A stretch of DNA of 64,000 nucleotides from Octopus vulgaris (Eukaryota): NCBI GenBank assembly GCA_951406725.2, contig OX597823.1:71362001-71426000 (forward strand). Reading direction: 5' to 3'. Below, piece by piece: positions 1 to 13,164 of the stretch (position 1 is its first letter; each line of letters begins with the position of its first letter). Below the pieces are notes generated by a model. That model ran no database searches and was not told the origin of the DNA. It worked only from the letters and a program-made list of their open reading frames with translations. The translations under genes were made by a program, and so were the position numbers.

Positions 1-450
1 CCTCATTGTGGATTAACCATGGATAAATTCATCATCTGTGAGTATGAAATACCTCCTCATATCTCTCGAAATTTACACCTACACTATGGATGGATTAAAC
101 TTCTCTGTGAAACTAATAAGCTTTTTTAAAACCTGTGATAAGACTGTGCATCATCATTAAAGAACTTTGGAAGTCTGTTTACAACCTGAATCTGCTTTTA
201 ATGAAATTATCTCCAATACTTCATGAGTGTAGCCTCACCCACTAAGATGTTTAGAGAACTCATATGTATTTTAGCTGATGAGTACGGGACACTTTTATCA
301 GCTGCAATATTTGCAACTTTTAATAAAGCCTGTCTTTGTATGAAACAATTGTACTAAAAACTAATCCATTCTTGTTGCTTTTCTCGTTCATAATCACCCC
401 ACACTACTGTATTGGTTAACACCATATAGTTTTCTGGTGCATCTAAGTTA
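1..450 (+). mobile_element. Highly degraded hAT-type transposase remnant
   Basis: Frameshifted fragments such as CII(H) and MFRELICILADEYGTLL resemble the HCxxH and RxFxxLxxxxxxEYGxLL segments of GTF2IRD2/EPM2AIP1-like hAT transposases. Confidence 0.4.
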
Positions 451-498
451 AGTACCATATTCAAGTGAATTCATTAGAATTGACTTGAATCTTAATTG

Positions 499-536
<38 letters not shown>

Positions 537-556
537 CATACATACATATACACATA

Positions 557-1802
557 CAGGGTGTGGACGGTATTTGAGGACACGTGTATTTTTAGTCATT
601 ATTTTATTTGACTAGCTTTTATTGAACTTCTATTATAAAAAAAAAAAAACAATGACAGGCCCTATGCTTACTAATGAAATGTAAAGGCGTGTTGTGATTG
701 CCTTTGAAGGCTAAGCATGGTGATTTAGAAACTTCTAATTTTCTGAAAGTTACATAATCTTTTGTACACAAGATTTGGTGTGAGTTAGAGAAGGAAGGTG
801 GAAGCATATTAGCTGTATCAAAATGTACAAAACATTTCAAATGCACTGATTCTTTCAGGACACCCAGATTTATTCAGGAAGGTAAGCAAAACATTGAAGA
901 CAATTAAAGAAAATGAATGAGGTCAGTTGTAAAAAAAATTGTGTGTCAGATAAAAAACAATTAGAAATGTTATGCACGAAGACATCAGATACAAATCTTA
1001 TGTGATGAGGAGAGGTCAATTCATGTCACATAAAACATAAGAAAACCATTTAATCAGATCCAAAAGACTTCTGAACAAACTTAAAAGTCCATTAGAAGAT
1101 AGTGAGATTTGGTTTTTCTCAGTTGGAGAAAAACTTTGCCCAGGACCAGAAAACTAACAGAAGAAATGACAAATGGCTATGTGCAGACCCTTCTGAGGTT
1201 CCAAGAGCAATGCAAACAAAATTTCCTGCAAGTTTCATAGTTTGGGATGTTGTTAGCAATGAAGGACATGTGATGCCTCCTCTCTTTTTTCCACAAGGCC
1301 TTAGGGTGAATGCCGCTGCATATATTGAGTTTCTGGATAAAGTTGTTAAGCCATGATTCAACAGTGTATGCAATGGAAGGCCTTATGTCTTTCAACAAGA
1401 TTCTGCACCATCACACAAGGCTCAAATGACACAAGAATGGATGGCCAACAGTTGGTATGATCACATCACCCAACATTTTGCTGCCTAATTCTCCAGGTCT
1501 CAATTCATTGGATACTATGTATGAAGCATTGTTGAGAAAAATGTCAATGAACACTCCCATAGCACCAAAATCTTTTGAAAGCTGCTGAAGTTCAAGACAC
1601 GTCCGATATGGATAAGGACCACTTAATCTGAGCTTGTAAACGGTTTTGACCCTGTGTAGGGGAAGTTATTGATGCTTATGGTGGTTTTATTGAATAAAAT
1701 TATTAAATTGATTATTTAACTTTATGTTTATTATTTTTATAAAAATACAGTGTTTTCTGTTATTATATAGCATTGTTTTTAAATCATAAATCTGTCCTCA
1801 TC

Positions 1803-1805
<3 letters not shown>
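557..1805 (+). mobile_element. Tc1/mariner superfamily element (maT/DD37D-like), near full length, decayed
   Basis: Imperfect TIRs (cagggtgtggac... / ...gtcctcatcctg) flanked by TA; broken transposase with EKNF, KFPASFIVWDVVSNEG, YVFQQDSAPSH and NSPGLNSLDYYV motifs, with stops and frameshifts. Confidence 0.8.
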
Positions 1806-1848
<43 letters not shown>

Positions 1849-1856
1849 GTATATAC

Positions 1857-2009
1857 ATGCTTTATTAATAAAGCTGCTAAGCCATCACTAAAACTGTTAC
1901 TCAGAGTTTCATGTTCCCGTGCATCAGACAGTTTTGGTTGAGTTTCGACCAAAACTGTCCAATGGGTAGCAGTTTTTGTGATAGCTTTGCAGCTTTATTA
2001 ATAAAGCAT
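1857..2009. repeat. Short fold-back element (46-bp inverted arms, inner hairpin 1927-1959) between (TA)n tracts; probable Penelope-like terminus remnant
   Basis: 1857-1902 is the reverse complement of 1964-2009 at 41/46 positions; contains a hammerhead-like motif on the - strand. Confidence 0.75.
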
Positions 2010-2069
2010 ATTACTCTACCTCTGGTATTCAAGTATTATTTATTTCACCTTGTTTCACATGTGCTTACT

Positions 2070-2115
<46 letters not shown>

Positions 2116-2347
2116 GTGTTGAAATTTATGAAATTAATATCTACTTTTACAACAGTGCAGTATAAATTATTAATTATTAGTGCTATTCATATTAGACCCA
2201 GAAAATGTTTGTCTCATATAACATATACATCTCATGTAAAATGTTTTGGTAAAAATATTTCACACCTCCACTCATGGTAAAAAATTGTGATTTGCAAACT
2301 GAAATACAAGAACAAAGTACGAGCAGATGTAACTCTTAGAGACTATA

Positions 2348-2770
2348 CATCATCATCATCGTTTAATGTCCGTTTTTCCATGCTGGCATGGGTTTAAAGT
2401 GTTTGACTGGGGATTGGTAAACCAGGAGGGTGCACCAGGCTCCAATCTGATCTGGCAATGTTTCTACAGCTGGATGCCCTTCCTAATGCCAACCATGCTG
2501 AAAGTGTAATGAGTACTTTTTCCATACCACCAGCACGGGAGCCAGATTAGGCAGCACTAGCTTTGGCCATGTTTGGATGGTGCTTTTTATGTGCCACCAG
2601 CACAGGGACCCAGTCAGGTGGCTCTGGCAACAGCCTATGCATGAATAGTGCTTATTGTGTGCCACCAGCACTGGTATCGGTCACAACTACAATTTCTATT
2701 TGATTGTGATGTGATTTGATTTTGATGTTGATTTTGGTTTACTTGACTCAGTAGGTCTCCTCAAGCACGG
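2348..2770 (-). mobile_element. RTE LINE 3' end (solo tail with (GAT)n terminus)
   Basis: Reverse complement of the 3' UTR of the RTE copies (ggttggcgttaggaagggcatccagctgtagaaac...catgctagcatggaaa...(gat)n). Confidence 0.85.
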
Positions 2771-4589
2771 TCTACATGTTTATTAATATAAAATGACATA
2801 GAAATAGAAAATATTGCATATATCAGCTTAATATTCCAATCTCTCCTTCCAAGTACAATTGGGATTTACAAAACAAAATAGGACGAAGTCAAATTTGATA
2901 GGAAAGGAGGATCATCTATATTGCAGTGTTGATACTTTTTTCATTGAATTGTAAATAAAACTAAAACAAGAATTCAAGGTGAGTTGAACTAAAAATGTAG
3001 TGGGAGAAAATTAAATGTTTATATTTGATGATTTCCTATTTTCACAACACTTTAGATTAGTCAAGCCTAATTAAGTACATTCAATCAAAAAAATTCATTT
3101 AAGTATTTTCTATGTGCTAGATGCTTCTGCTTGGTTAACAAGTGCTGTGGAGACTATGAATTTAAAGTTCAATTTGTTAAGGAAGTTGCATATCCAGATT
3201 ACATCAACATAATACTTTCTCAGTACCAGGCAAAATAAAATTTTCTCTGATCCAGCTAAACTGATTGATTGCATTGATATTTGAAGCACAAGTTTTATAA
3301 CATCTCCACAACTTAGCAGAATTTATCAATTTTTATCTCAGAACTGTTTTACTCTAGTTTAACTGTATTTTAATGTGAATACTAGCAACATAGACATTTA
3401 AATTTAATGATAAGATTTACGATTTGAAATGGTAATATCTTTTTAAATCATTTAAACTAGAAATTTAGAGAAATCAGTAAAAGCTACGAAATTACAAATA
3501 GAAAAGAAAAAATATAGCTTCTAAGGTACATATATGTGTCTGTGTCTATGTATATCTGTTTATATAATTCAATCTATCAGGTTTGAATATCTAGTTAGTT
3601 TATTTTGGAATTATAATAATGATACTGAAATTAAAGATTACTGGAAATCTTTCAATTGTGAAACAAATTTACTTCTTTATTAATGTTAATTATGCTGAAT
3701 TAAGAGTAAATTAGCTGTCTGAGCATGAAATTAGAAACAAATTATGTTCATTTAGATAATTTAAAAACATATATCTTATGAATGAAAATATTCTCAGGTT
3801 AACACTTCTTTGATATGAAAACTATTTTAAAGTTTTGTCAATGATAGTCCAACACATTTTAAGAATCCTCAATGCAAATAAACTGAAGTGCAAGGCCCAG
3901 TTAAATGTAATTGGTTAAATAAAATCAGTCTTGCACAACTTACTCATAATTACCTGCTGCAAATATTAAATAAGCACCTTCAGAAATCTTTTATTTGTTT
4001 CAGTTATTAAACAACAGCCATACTGGAGCACTGCCTTGAGGAATTTTTGTCAAACTAATTGACCTCAGTACTCATTTTCTTTTTTTCTGAACTCTGTGTG
4101 TGTGTATGTGCATGTGTGTGTGTGTGTTTGTCCTCCACCGCCACTTGACAACTAGTGTTGGTGTGTTTATGTCCCTGTAACTTAGTAGTTCGGCAAAATA
4201 GTTGAATTCAATTTCACAAAATTTGATTCCATTTCAATAATATTAAATTAAAATCAATTAATTGGCAATAATGAGAAATTGATAGCATTTGAGAAATGCA
4301 TGAACATTACACATTTTTAGCTATACATCCTGTTAAAATACAGATTTTTTCCAATGCAAGAATTTGTAATGAAAAGTATTAACTATTATAAATTATTTTA
4401 TAAGATGTCAGTAATCTATTTTGCTTTTATATAAGTGAGGGAGAGCAAATTAGTAGAATATGTATAGTATCAAGGTATGCATTGTATTGTATGTCTTGTT
4501 AGTATCAATGAATTAACTTGAATTATTCAACTAAGCCTCCTTAAAAATACTCAATGTTATTAAAACAAAATCAGTTTTGTATCCAGGCT

Positions 4590-5540
4590 TGGAGAAGCCA
4601 TTATGAAAGACTGCTGAAGGTGGGGAATGAATGGGAGGAGGAGAGCCTGCCAAATGTTGACCCAGTAGATGGACCAGCTATCCCAATAGACAGCTCTCTG
4701 GTAGATAAAGCAATTAAGGGTATGAATTAGGAATCACTGCCAAGATGCTTAAAACATCTGGTGGTGTGGGTTATTGTACACCAGGTAGTTCATGATGGAG
4801 CTATACCCAATGACTGGCATAGTAGCACGTCATTGGGTATGTCAACTGCTACAAGGTTTAAAGGCGATGCTTTAGATAGAAATAACTACAGGAGTATCAA
4901 ACTGCTGGATCAGGTGATGAAGTTCACGGAGAGGGTCATAGCCCATTTCATTAGGGAGAGAGTCTGCTTAGATGAGATGCAGTTCAGTTTTGTGCCAGGT
5001 AGAAGCACCACTGATGCTATATTTCTGGTGCGGCAACAGCAGGAGAAATACCTAGCTAAAGATAAACCCCTATACTTAGCTTATGTGGACTTGGAGAAAG
5101 CCTTTGACAGGGTCCCCCTATCCCTTATCTGGTGGGCGATGCAGAAACTGGGGATTGATGAGTGGTTAATAAGGGATGTACAGGACCTATACAGAGAGGC
5201 CGTTAGTAAGGTTAGGATTGGCGATGAGTTTAGTGAACAATTCCAGGTAGAAGTAGAGGTCCACCAAGGATCAGCTCTCAGTCCCCTTTTATTCATCATA
5301 GTCATCCAGGTAATAACAGGAATTCAAGATGGGTTGACCTTGGAAACTTCTCTATGCTGATGACCTGGCCCTCATAGCAGAATCACTACCGGAACTAGAG
5401 AAGAAATTTCAAGTGTGGAAGCAAGGTTTAGAATTGAAAGGTCTTAGAGTCAATGTTGCAAAGACCAAAGTTCTAGTAAGTAGGCTGGCAAACACATTAC
5501 ACACCCACTCAGCTAGGTGGCCCTGCTCAATCTGTAGAAA
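4590..5540 (+). mobile_element. RTE-clade LINE internal fragment (reverse transcriptase), older diverged copy
   Basis: ORF 4761-5360 with NYRSIKLL, QFSFVPGRSTTDAIF, DLEKAFDRV, HQGSALSPLLF; frameshift just before LYADD; colinear with the 36-37 kb copy. Confidence 0.92.
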
Positions 5541-5745
5541 TCTGTAAATCAGCATCAATGTGATTTTTAATTTAATGGCATGACATTTTGCATAATGCTA
5601 TTATAGTTTTTTAAAATTCAGTAGAAATACAGTTATACCATTTTATAGGAAGTCTATCCCCTTAGAAAATGTATATTAAAAGGTTGATGTTGAAGATGCT
5701 TTTTATTAATGTATATATTTTTCATTTTCGCTTTCTTTTATTCAG

Positions 5746-5808
5746 ATAGCAGAAGTATTGAATTTGGAAACAGAATTTATTGAGAACTCTGTTGTTGCTG
5801 ATGAAAAG
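5746..5808 (+). CDS. DNAH5: Axonemal dynein heavy chain (DNAH5/DNAH8-type), first exon detected (IAEVLNLETEFIENSVVADEK)
   Basis: Polypyrimidine tract + ttcag acceptor, AAG|gtattt donor, 63 bp phase 0-0; resembles recalled DNAH5 N-terminus ([21 protein letters not shown]) and joins the next exon in frame. DNAH5 vs DNAH8 cannot be resolved by eye. Confidence 0.7.
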
Positions 5809-6065
5809 GTATTTGCTTATTTTGATGTCAGACACACAACTAATATATTTGTAATTTCACTGAATCAAGCATTAACTATTACTCACAACTCAAATCCTGT
5901 TGCCATCAAAGTGTAGCCCATCAGAAGTCAGGCTGGCAGCCAAATTCAAACCTACCAGAATATGTTTGGTAATTTAGTCTGCTCATTCGCATAATCTGTT
6001 TGGCTACCAGCTCTGCTTGGTAATCTAGCAAACTCAACAACTTAATCTGTTCAGTAACCTGTTCT

Positions 6066-6069
<4 letters not shown>

Positions 6070-6135
<66 letters not shown>

Positions 6136-6580
6136 TTAATGTCTCCCCTCCATGCTAGCATGGGTTGGACGATTTGACTGAGGACTGGCGAACCAGATGG
6201 CTGCACCAGGATCCAATCTTGATCTGTTAGAGTTTCTACAGCTGAATGCCCTTCTTAATGCCAACCACTCCGAGAGTGTAGTGGGTGTGTTTTTTATTTG
6301 CCACCTGCACAGGAGCCAGTCCAGCAGCACTAGCAACGACCTCGCTTGAATATTTTTTCACATGCCACCGGCACAAGTGGTAATAAGGCAACACTGGTAA
6401 CGATCTCGCTCGAATGGTGCTTCTTATGTGCCACCAGCAGGGAAGCCAGTTAGCTGCTCTGGCAACGATCATGCTCAGATGGTGCTCTTAGTGCTCCACT
6501 AGCACGGATGCCAGTCATCGAATTTAATTTCGATTTCAATTTCACTTGATCTTTCGATTTCACTTGTTTTGATTTCACTT
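6070..6580 (-). mobile_element. RTE LINE 3' end with expanded (CAT)n tail (6070-6135)
   Basis: Same 3' UTR core and gtgcc/ggcac-aaaagcacc repeat units, reverse orientation. Confidence 0.85.
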
Positions 6581-7505
6581 AATCTGTTCAGCAAGTGACT
6601 CTGCTTAACCACCATGTTTGTTCAGCGAGTGAGTGACTGGCAACTTATTCTGCTTGATAATCTGTTCTGACCAGCAATTTACTCTGTCTAGTAACCTTGC
6701 CTGATCAACGAGTCAGACCGATATTTAAATCTGATCACTTACTAATTACATGAACTGATAGACTGCTCAAGTATTATTAGAATTGCTTTATCATAGACAG
6801 ATTGGCATCAGTTTTGTCCTAATATCACATTATTCACTTGAGAAAGGCATGAACATTACACATCTTCAGCTGTATTTCCTGTCAAAATAACAGAAGGTTA
6901 TAATGAAAATTATTAACTATTATGAATTATTTATACAATGTAGGTTTGAACAATTTTCATTTTGGCATACATGTGGAAGTACAGGCTAGGATAATATATA
7001 CAGTATCAAAGAGACATCTTATTGTATATGTTGAGTTCAAATCTTGTTGGGATTAACAAAGTGAACTCATGTTATTCAACTAATTAAACCCCCTGAAAAT
7101 ACTAATTTTATCAGAACAAAATTGATGGTTTCTAGATGAAGGCATGTAAACCAATACTTAAGTATAATTTAAAACTTTGATTGTATAAACTTTTGCATAT
7201 TGTTATTGCTTAACATACATTTTATTATTATTACATTCATTATTATTTTTCTACAGACATTATGAACAGATTCTATTTTTACAACATGTCAATCCCATTA
7301 GAAAACGTATATTAAAAATATTATGTTGATATTAATGTTAAAAAAAAATGGAAAGCATTTGAAAATAAATAACTAAAGACGATTACTTCTGAGCACAATA
7401 AAAAGAAACAGCTAGAATATCTATCTGCATAGTCAGCTTCATTAGCACAATTGTTATCATTACCAGAGTCATCCATTGCTTTAATACTTTCGTAATTTTA
7501 GTTTA

Positions 7506-7760
7506 TGGAGGTGCATGGCTTAGTGGTTAGGGTGTTGAACTCATGATCATAAGGTTGTGATTTTGATTCCTGGACAAGCGATGCGTTGTGTTCTTGAGCA
7601 AAACACGTCATTTCACGTTGCTCCAGTCCACTCAGCTGGCAAAAATTAGTAATCCTGCGACGGACCGGCGTCCCATCCAGGTGGGGAATTTCTACGCCAC
7701 TGAAACCAGGAAACTGGCCCTTTTGAGCCTGGCATAGCTCGAAAAGGAACATGTTTTTTT
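7506..7760 (+). mobile_element. tRNA-derived SINE family C
   Basis: A-box-like tggcttagtgg, B-box-like ttttgattcc, then gtgttcttgagcaaaacac...gctccagtccactcagctg core also seen at 11640 and 52300. Confidence 0.75.
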
Positions 7761-8251
7761 TTAATTAGTTTATATTGTAACAGTTGTTTCAATTCAAATA
7801 ACAATCAACCTCTAAAATTAATCAAGAGGTATCAAGATAAAATGCTTACTTTTACCAACATTTTTGAAATGCAGTCGTAGACAGAGTTTATTTAATGATG
7901 AAAAAGATTTATTATTTTTAATTATATCAATAGGAATACATAGCCAGGATTTAATTGACATGCAATGCTAAATAGCTTTGAAGGATAATAATTTACTTGG
8001 TTTTTAAAATAATTGCTCTATCCTTCTCGGGTTTAGACATCATTAGTAACGTCTCAAAGAACGTCAAGTTGTCTTCCTTCAATTGTCTCTGTCTGATCTA
8101 TGATAGAAACATCAAAGTAAAAACATATAGGTATGCTTCCACCTTCCCTCAATGTGAAAGCTATTAAAATGGGAACGAATGTGTTTAAAATGAACTTCAA
8201 ATATTCCATAATTTGAAACCATATGTATTTTAAAATACTATCACGAAATAT

Positions 8252-8450
8252 CATTTAATGTCCATTTTCCATGCCGGCATGAGTTGGATGACTCGACAGG
8301 AGCTGGCAAGGCCAGGGATTGTCATCAGCTCTACAGTCTTTTTTGGCTTAATTTCTACAGTTGGATGCCCTTCCTAATGCCAACCACTTTGGTGAGTGTC
8401 CTGGGTACTTTCTACATGGCACCATCACCAGTGCATTTTATGTGGCATCA
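8252..8450 (-). mobile_element. Short diverged RTE 3' tail
   Basis: ttttccatgccggcatg...ggatgcccttcctaatgccaacc. Confidence 0.7.
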
Positions 8451-9095
8451 GTACCTAATCATTTGTAAAAGAAATTGTGGTTATGTTATGATGCAAATGT
8501 TGAATAACGAATAATTATAACAAGTTGAGGAGAAAACATTATCTTCAACAATATTAATAGCACCTAACATTTTTATATACATAATGTACAGTTTGTTGCA
8601 TGTATGTTATGTGTGTAAATTAATAAGTAATGAAATTGCCAACAGATGAGAGCTGAGATATCTCATATAGACTTAAGATATAGCCTGCAGTTACAACAAG
8701 AATAATTTTTGAGAGATAGTTGAAGGATTAAAAAATATTTTTTCATACATAGGTTTAAAAGCACGCAGCGTTTAGCTGCAGTAAGAAAAATCCCTACAGA
8801 GAGTAGAAATCCAGGGCTTTTATAAACATGCTAAAAAGTTCTTAAGTTAAACTTTTCTCTTGGTCTGTCAACACCTATCAAAATCTGATACCAAAGATGA
8901 TTGACTGGTAAAAATATCAGTAGATATCATAACAGAGTTCAGGAATACAGCTAAATCTAAATATGGTCAACATTACCAAATATAGTAATATTACTTGTGC
9001 AAGACATTAAATGTCATATAGTTTTAAATTGTCAATTTACAATCAAGAGAAGTCAATCGTATATTGCTTGACTATTTGTTTATATTTATCATAAA

Positions 9096-9487
9096 CTAGC
9101 AGTATCATCCGGCGTTGCTCAGGTTGGTTTCCACCCTTCAGAATTAGAATTTTTGAAAAGTAAAAATTTTGCATTATGTAGCTTGTTATTCTCTTTAAGT
9201 GAACGTTTTTCTGGTTGAAATACACCGAAAAATGGCGACACAGCAGCCAAAAAATCGTAAAAAATAGGGATTTTCATAGAAGAAAAGCACCTTTTTGATG
9301 TTATTAATTTTTGGTCTTAACATGGTCCGATTTGAATTTTATCTCCTACGGAATGAAGAGCAAGCCTTCTTCTATCATACTATCAATTTTGATCAACTTG
9401 CGCTGCAAGGTCTCGGAGGAGTTAGTGTTAGTTGAAGGCTACCAAACCTGCCATACACAGACAACTTCAGCTTTATATATAGAGAGA
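9096..9487 (-). mobile_element. Non-autonomous Helitron-like element, copy 1
   Basis: On the - strand starts TC and ends CTAG after a GC-rich sub-terminal segment (hairpin imperfect in this copy), inserted between A and T, no TSD; near-identical to copies at 13165, 44504 and 62654. Confidence 0.8.
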
Positions 9488-10769
9488 TATAATGTGCAGA
9501 TTTGCCAGTAAAGTCATTTGATATTCACTGCATAATCCCACATAGGTGTTAACAGAGTGTAGAGAAGAATAGGTCATCACTAGATATCAGAAGCAAAACC
9601 TCTCTCAGATATGTTATTAAGGTAGATGTAACGGTTCATCTTTCATCTTGATTATAGATTAAAAAAGTATTTGCACAAGATGAATATTTAAATAAGTAAA
9701 AAATAAAAAAAAAAGCTGAGTTCAAATTCTACAAAGATTGATTTTTCCTTTCATCTTCCAGGATGGATAAAATTAGTACTGGTCAAGTACTGGGGTCAAT
9801 GAAATCAACTAACATTCTGCCCCTGAAATTTCTGGCCTTGTGCAAGCTCAAATTCTCCTGGGGTTGGCTTTATCGTTCATCCTTTTGGGGGTCAGTAAAA
9901 TAAGTACCAGTTGAGCACTGGAGTCAATGCAAAACAGCTGGATGGATTTAGATGTAACTTTCAGAGATGTTTGGCTCTGTAACTGATTAGATTTTGGGAT
10001 CAATCAGGTACCGGACAACGGTTCTGGATTATTTTTTCCTGTTTTTTTTTTTTACTTAAATTTTGAGAGTGGTTGGGTTCATTTTTAGTATTCTTGCTTG
10101 TGAGAGCAGTCAAGTATATTTCAGATATTCTCATTTTAAAAATCATCTCTGGCTAATCGTTAAGAGGACATTGGTGTTGCCTTGGTGGAGGTTTGTACTC
10201 TCTGAGTGCTCTTGTTATTATCATTATTATAATTATTATTGCAGAATCATTAGTGCATCAGACAAAATACTAAGTACTATTTCTTGCAACTCTTTATGTT
10301 CTGAGTTCAAATACCACCAAGGTCAGCTTTGCCTTCCCTTCCCTCTTTTCAGAGTCAATAAAATAAAGCGATGTAACAAAGTACTCGTCAAGTACCAGGG
10401 TTCACTACATTAACTTGCCCCTTTTACCTCAAAATTGATGGCCTTGCACCAAAATTTGAAACCAATATCATTGCTGTCATTATTTGGCAAAATTGTTAGC
10501 ACATCTAGAGCTGGAACAAATGTCTTGCAGTATTTGTGGCTGCTGTTTATGCCCTGAGTTCAAATCCTGCCAAAGATAAGCAAGATTTGAATGCAGGTGT
10601 ATTTGTTTGGTAAGAAGCTTGCTTCCAGAGAAGCAAAGATCGGCAGGTGTCTTTCGTCTTCTCTCATTAATACCATTCTGTTCATCTTTCATCTGATCTC
10701 ATTAATGTCTTTGTCCAGCCTGCAGCTTCTCCATATGTATATGGCTTTCATAGCCAATTTAATGAAATG

Positions 10770-11215
10770 AAGAAGCTTGCTTCCAAACCATATGGTTCTG
10801 AGTTCAGTCCCACTGTGTGATACCATTGGCAAGTGATTTTCTATTATAATTTCTCACTGACAAAAGCCTTTTGAGCAGATTTGGTAGACAGAAACTGAAA
10901 GAAGATCATCATATACATGTGTGTGTGTGTGAGTTTGTGTGAGTGTGTGTGTTTGTATGTATGTGTGTGTGTGAGTTTGTGTGAGTGTGTGTGTTTGTAT
11001 GTATGTGTGTGTGTTTGTTCCTTACCACCAATTGGCAACTGGTATTGATGTGTTTCTCCCCATAACTTAGCAGTTTGGCAAAAGAGACCAATAGAATAAG
11101 TACCAGACTTATAAAAAAAGTACCGGGTTTAGTTTGCTCAACTAAAATTCTTTAAGTCAGTGCCCTGTGAAGGCCTCAGTTTAATGACTGAAACAAGTGA
11201 AAGACAAAAAATAAA
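10770..11215 (+). mobile_element. tRNA-derived SINE family A with internal (TG)n
   Basis: ggttctgagttcagtcccactg...ggcaagtg...gatttggtagacagaaactgaaagaag...(TG)n...aatgactgaaacaagt. Confidence 0.8.
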
Positions 11216-11343
11216 GCTGCCTATGGAGTTTCCATTTAAGTAATTTGCACTACAAATATTTATTCTTGGAAATATTGGGAGGAATTTCCACAATGAAATA
11301 CCCAAAACAAATAAAATAAATATCAATATACTTATCAACAGTA

Positions 11344-11560
11344 AAGGAGTGAACTGGCAGAATCGTTAGCACGCCAGGGAAAATGTTTAGGGGCATTTCT
11401 TCTGCCTTCACATTTTGAGTTCAAATTCTGCCGAGATTGGTTTTGCCTATCATCCTTTTGAGGTTGATAAAATTAGTACTAGTTGAGTACTGGGATTGAT
11501 GCAATCAGTTTAACCCCTCCTCCGAAATTGCTGGCCATGTGCCAAAATTTGAAATCAATA
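11344..11560 (+). mobile_element. SINE family B (Nin-domain-like core)
   Basis: ctggcagaatcgttagcacgcc...gagttcaaattc...catccttttgaggttgataaaattagtact; same family as 20631. Confidence 0.7.
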
Positions 11561-11639
11561 TACTTAGTGACTGTAAATAAGAAATAAGGAGATGATAGTT
11601 AATATTACATTATAATTATATATGTGAATGTGCACAGAA

Positions 11640-11965
11640 CAGTGGTTAGAGTGTTGGGTTCACAATGAGGAAGTGAGTTTGATTCCTGGACCGGGCTCTA
11701 CATTGTGCTCTTCTTGAGCAAGACACTTTATTTCATGTTGCTCCAGTTCACTCTGCTGTAGAAATGAGCTGCAAAATCACTGGTGCCAAGCTGTATCAGC
11801 CTTTGCCTTTCCCTTGGATAACATTAATGGCATGGAGAGGGAAGGCTGGTATGCTTGGGCAACATGTGATCTTCCATACACAACCTTTCCTGGACTGGTT
11901 CCTTGAAGGGTAACTTTCTAGGGGCAATCCCATGATCATTTATGACTAAACAGGGTCTTTTACGC
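11640..11965 (+). mobile_element. tRNA-derived SINE family C variant
   Basis: agtggttagagtgttgg...gtttgattcctggaccggg...cttgagcaagacactttatttcatgttgctccagttcactc. Confidence 0.65.
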
Positions 11966-11976
11966 TTTATAAATAT

Positions 11977-12374
11977 TTTACTCTTTTACTTGTTTCAGTC
12001 ATTTGACTGCGGCCATGCTGGAGCACTGCCTTTAGTCGAGGAAATCAACCCAGGACTTATTTTTTGTAAGCCTAGTACTTATTCTATCGGTCTCTTTTGC
12101 CAAACCGCTAAGTTATGGGGACGTAAACACACCAGCATCGGTTGTCAAACGATGTTGGTGGGGGACAAACACAGACACACACACACACATATATACATAT
12201 ACATATATACAATGGGCTTCTTTTCAGTTTCCATCTACCAAATCCACTCACAAGGCTTTGGTTGGCCTGAGGCTATAGTTAAAGTCACTTGCCCAAGGTG
12301 CCACACAGTGGGACTGAACCCGGAACCATGTGGTTGGTAAGCAAGCTTCTTACCACACAACCACTCCTGTGCCT
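11977..12374 (-). mobile_element. tRNA-derived SINE family A, full length
   Basis: Reverse complement carries A box (tggttgtgtgg) and B box (ggttcagtccc), internal (CA)/(TA) microsatellite and gagtaaaa-type tail. Confidence 0.88.
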
Positions 12375-13164
12375 GTGTAAACCACAATCCTAAATGTTAC
12401 ATACTTTGCTGTACATATTTTTTCTTCTGTCTTTAAGTGTTTAACTTCACATTTTTTTTTCTGTCTATCATCTCACATTCACCTCTATTCTATTCTATTT
12501 CCCCCCGCATTTTAAAATTTCTTCCTTTCATTTTCGTAAAAGAATAATATAGAAAATAAACAAACTACACGTAACTAATGCAAAACCATTGAGGTGCAAA
12601 ATAACAATTTAAGCTAATGTGATTTTAGACAAATGATTTCTATCATAACAATGGTATGGTAGACAATACTTAGTTAAAATATCATTGGCCTGGAAGTTAA
12701 GCTTGGCTATACCAATACTGAGGGGTTTTGTTTATTGGTTTAACAACAACTCTTTTAAAATTGGTTTTGACAAACCTCTTATTAATTCTGCTAATTGTAC
12801 CCATCTTTTTTTATTTTTGCATTCTTACATTTCATGCTGAAATGTTGACTCACTGGAGGAAAACTATTTTATTTTTCAGGTGTTGCTAATTATTTGAGAT
12901 TGTAATTTATTTGATAACAAGTAATGTCATTATATTCAATTACATGTTCACTGATAATACTCTTCCTTCTTAAACATTTGGCCAAACTGCACCTGTGTGT
13001 GTGTGTGTGTGTGTGCATGCTTTCATGCATGCGTGCATGTCCATGTGTATTTATCACATCAGAGAATAAACTGACACCTATAATATGTCAAAACCCTACT
13101 TACCAATGTACCACAAGAATGTAAACCTGAGAGCAAGCTACAAATAACCAATGTAATTTACTAA

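Noticed and set aside
2870-3525. Possible upstream dynein exons (donor-like aag|gtgagt at ~2978 and aag|gtacat at ~3524)
   Set aside because: No open frame with dynein similarity; they could be UTR exons but cannot be supported.
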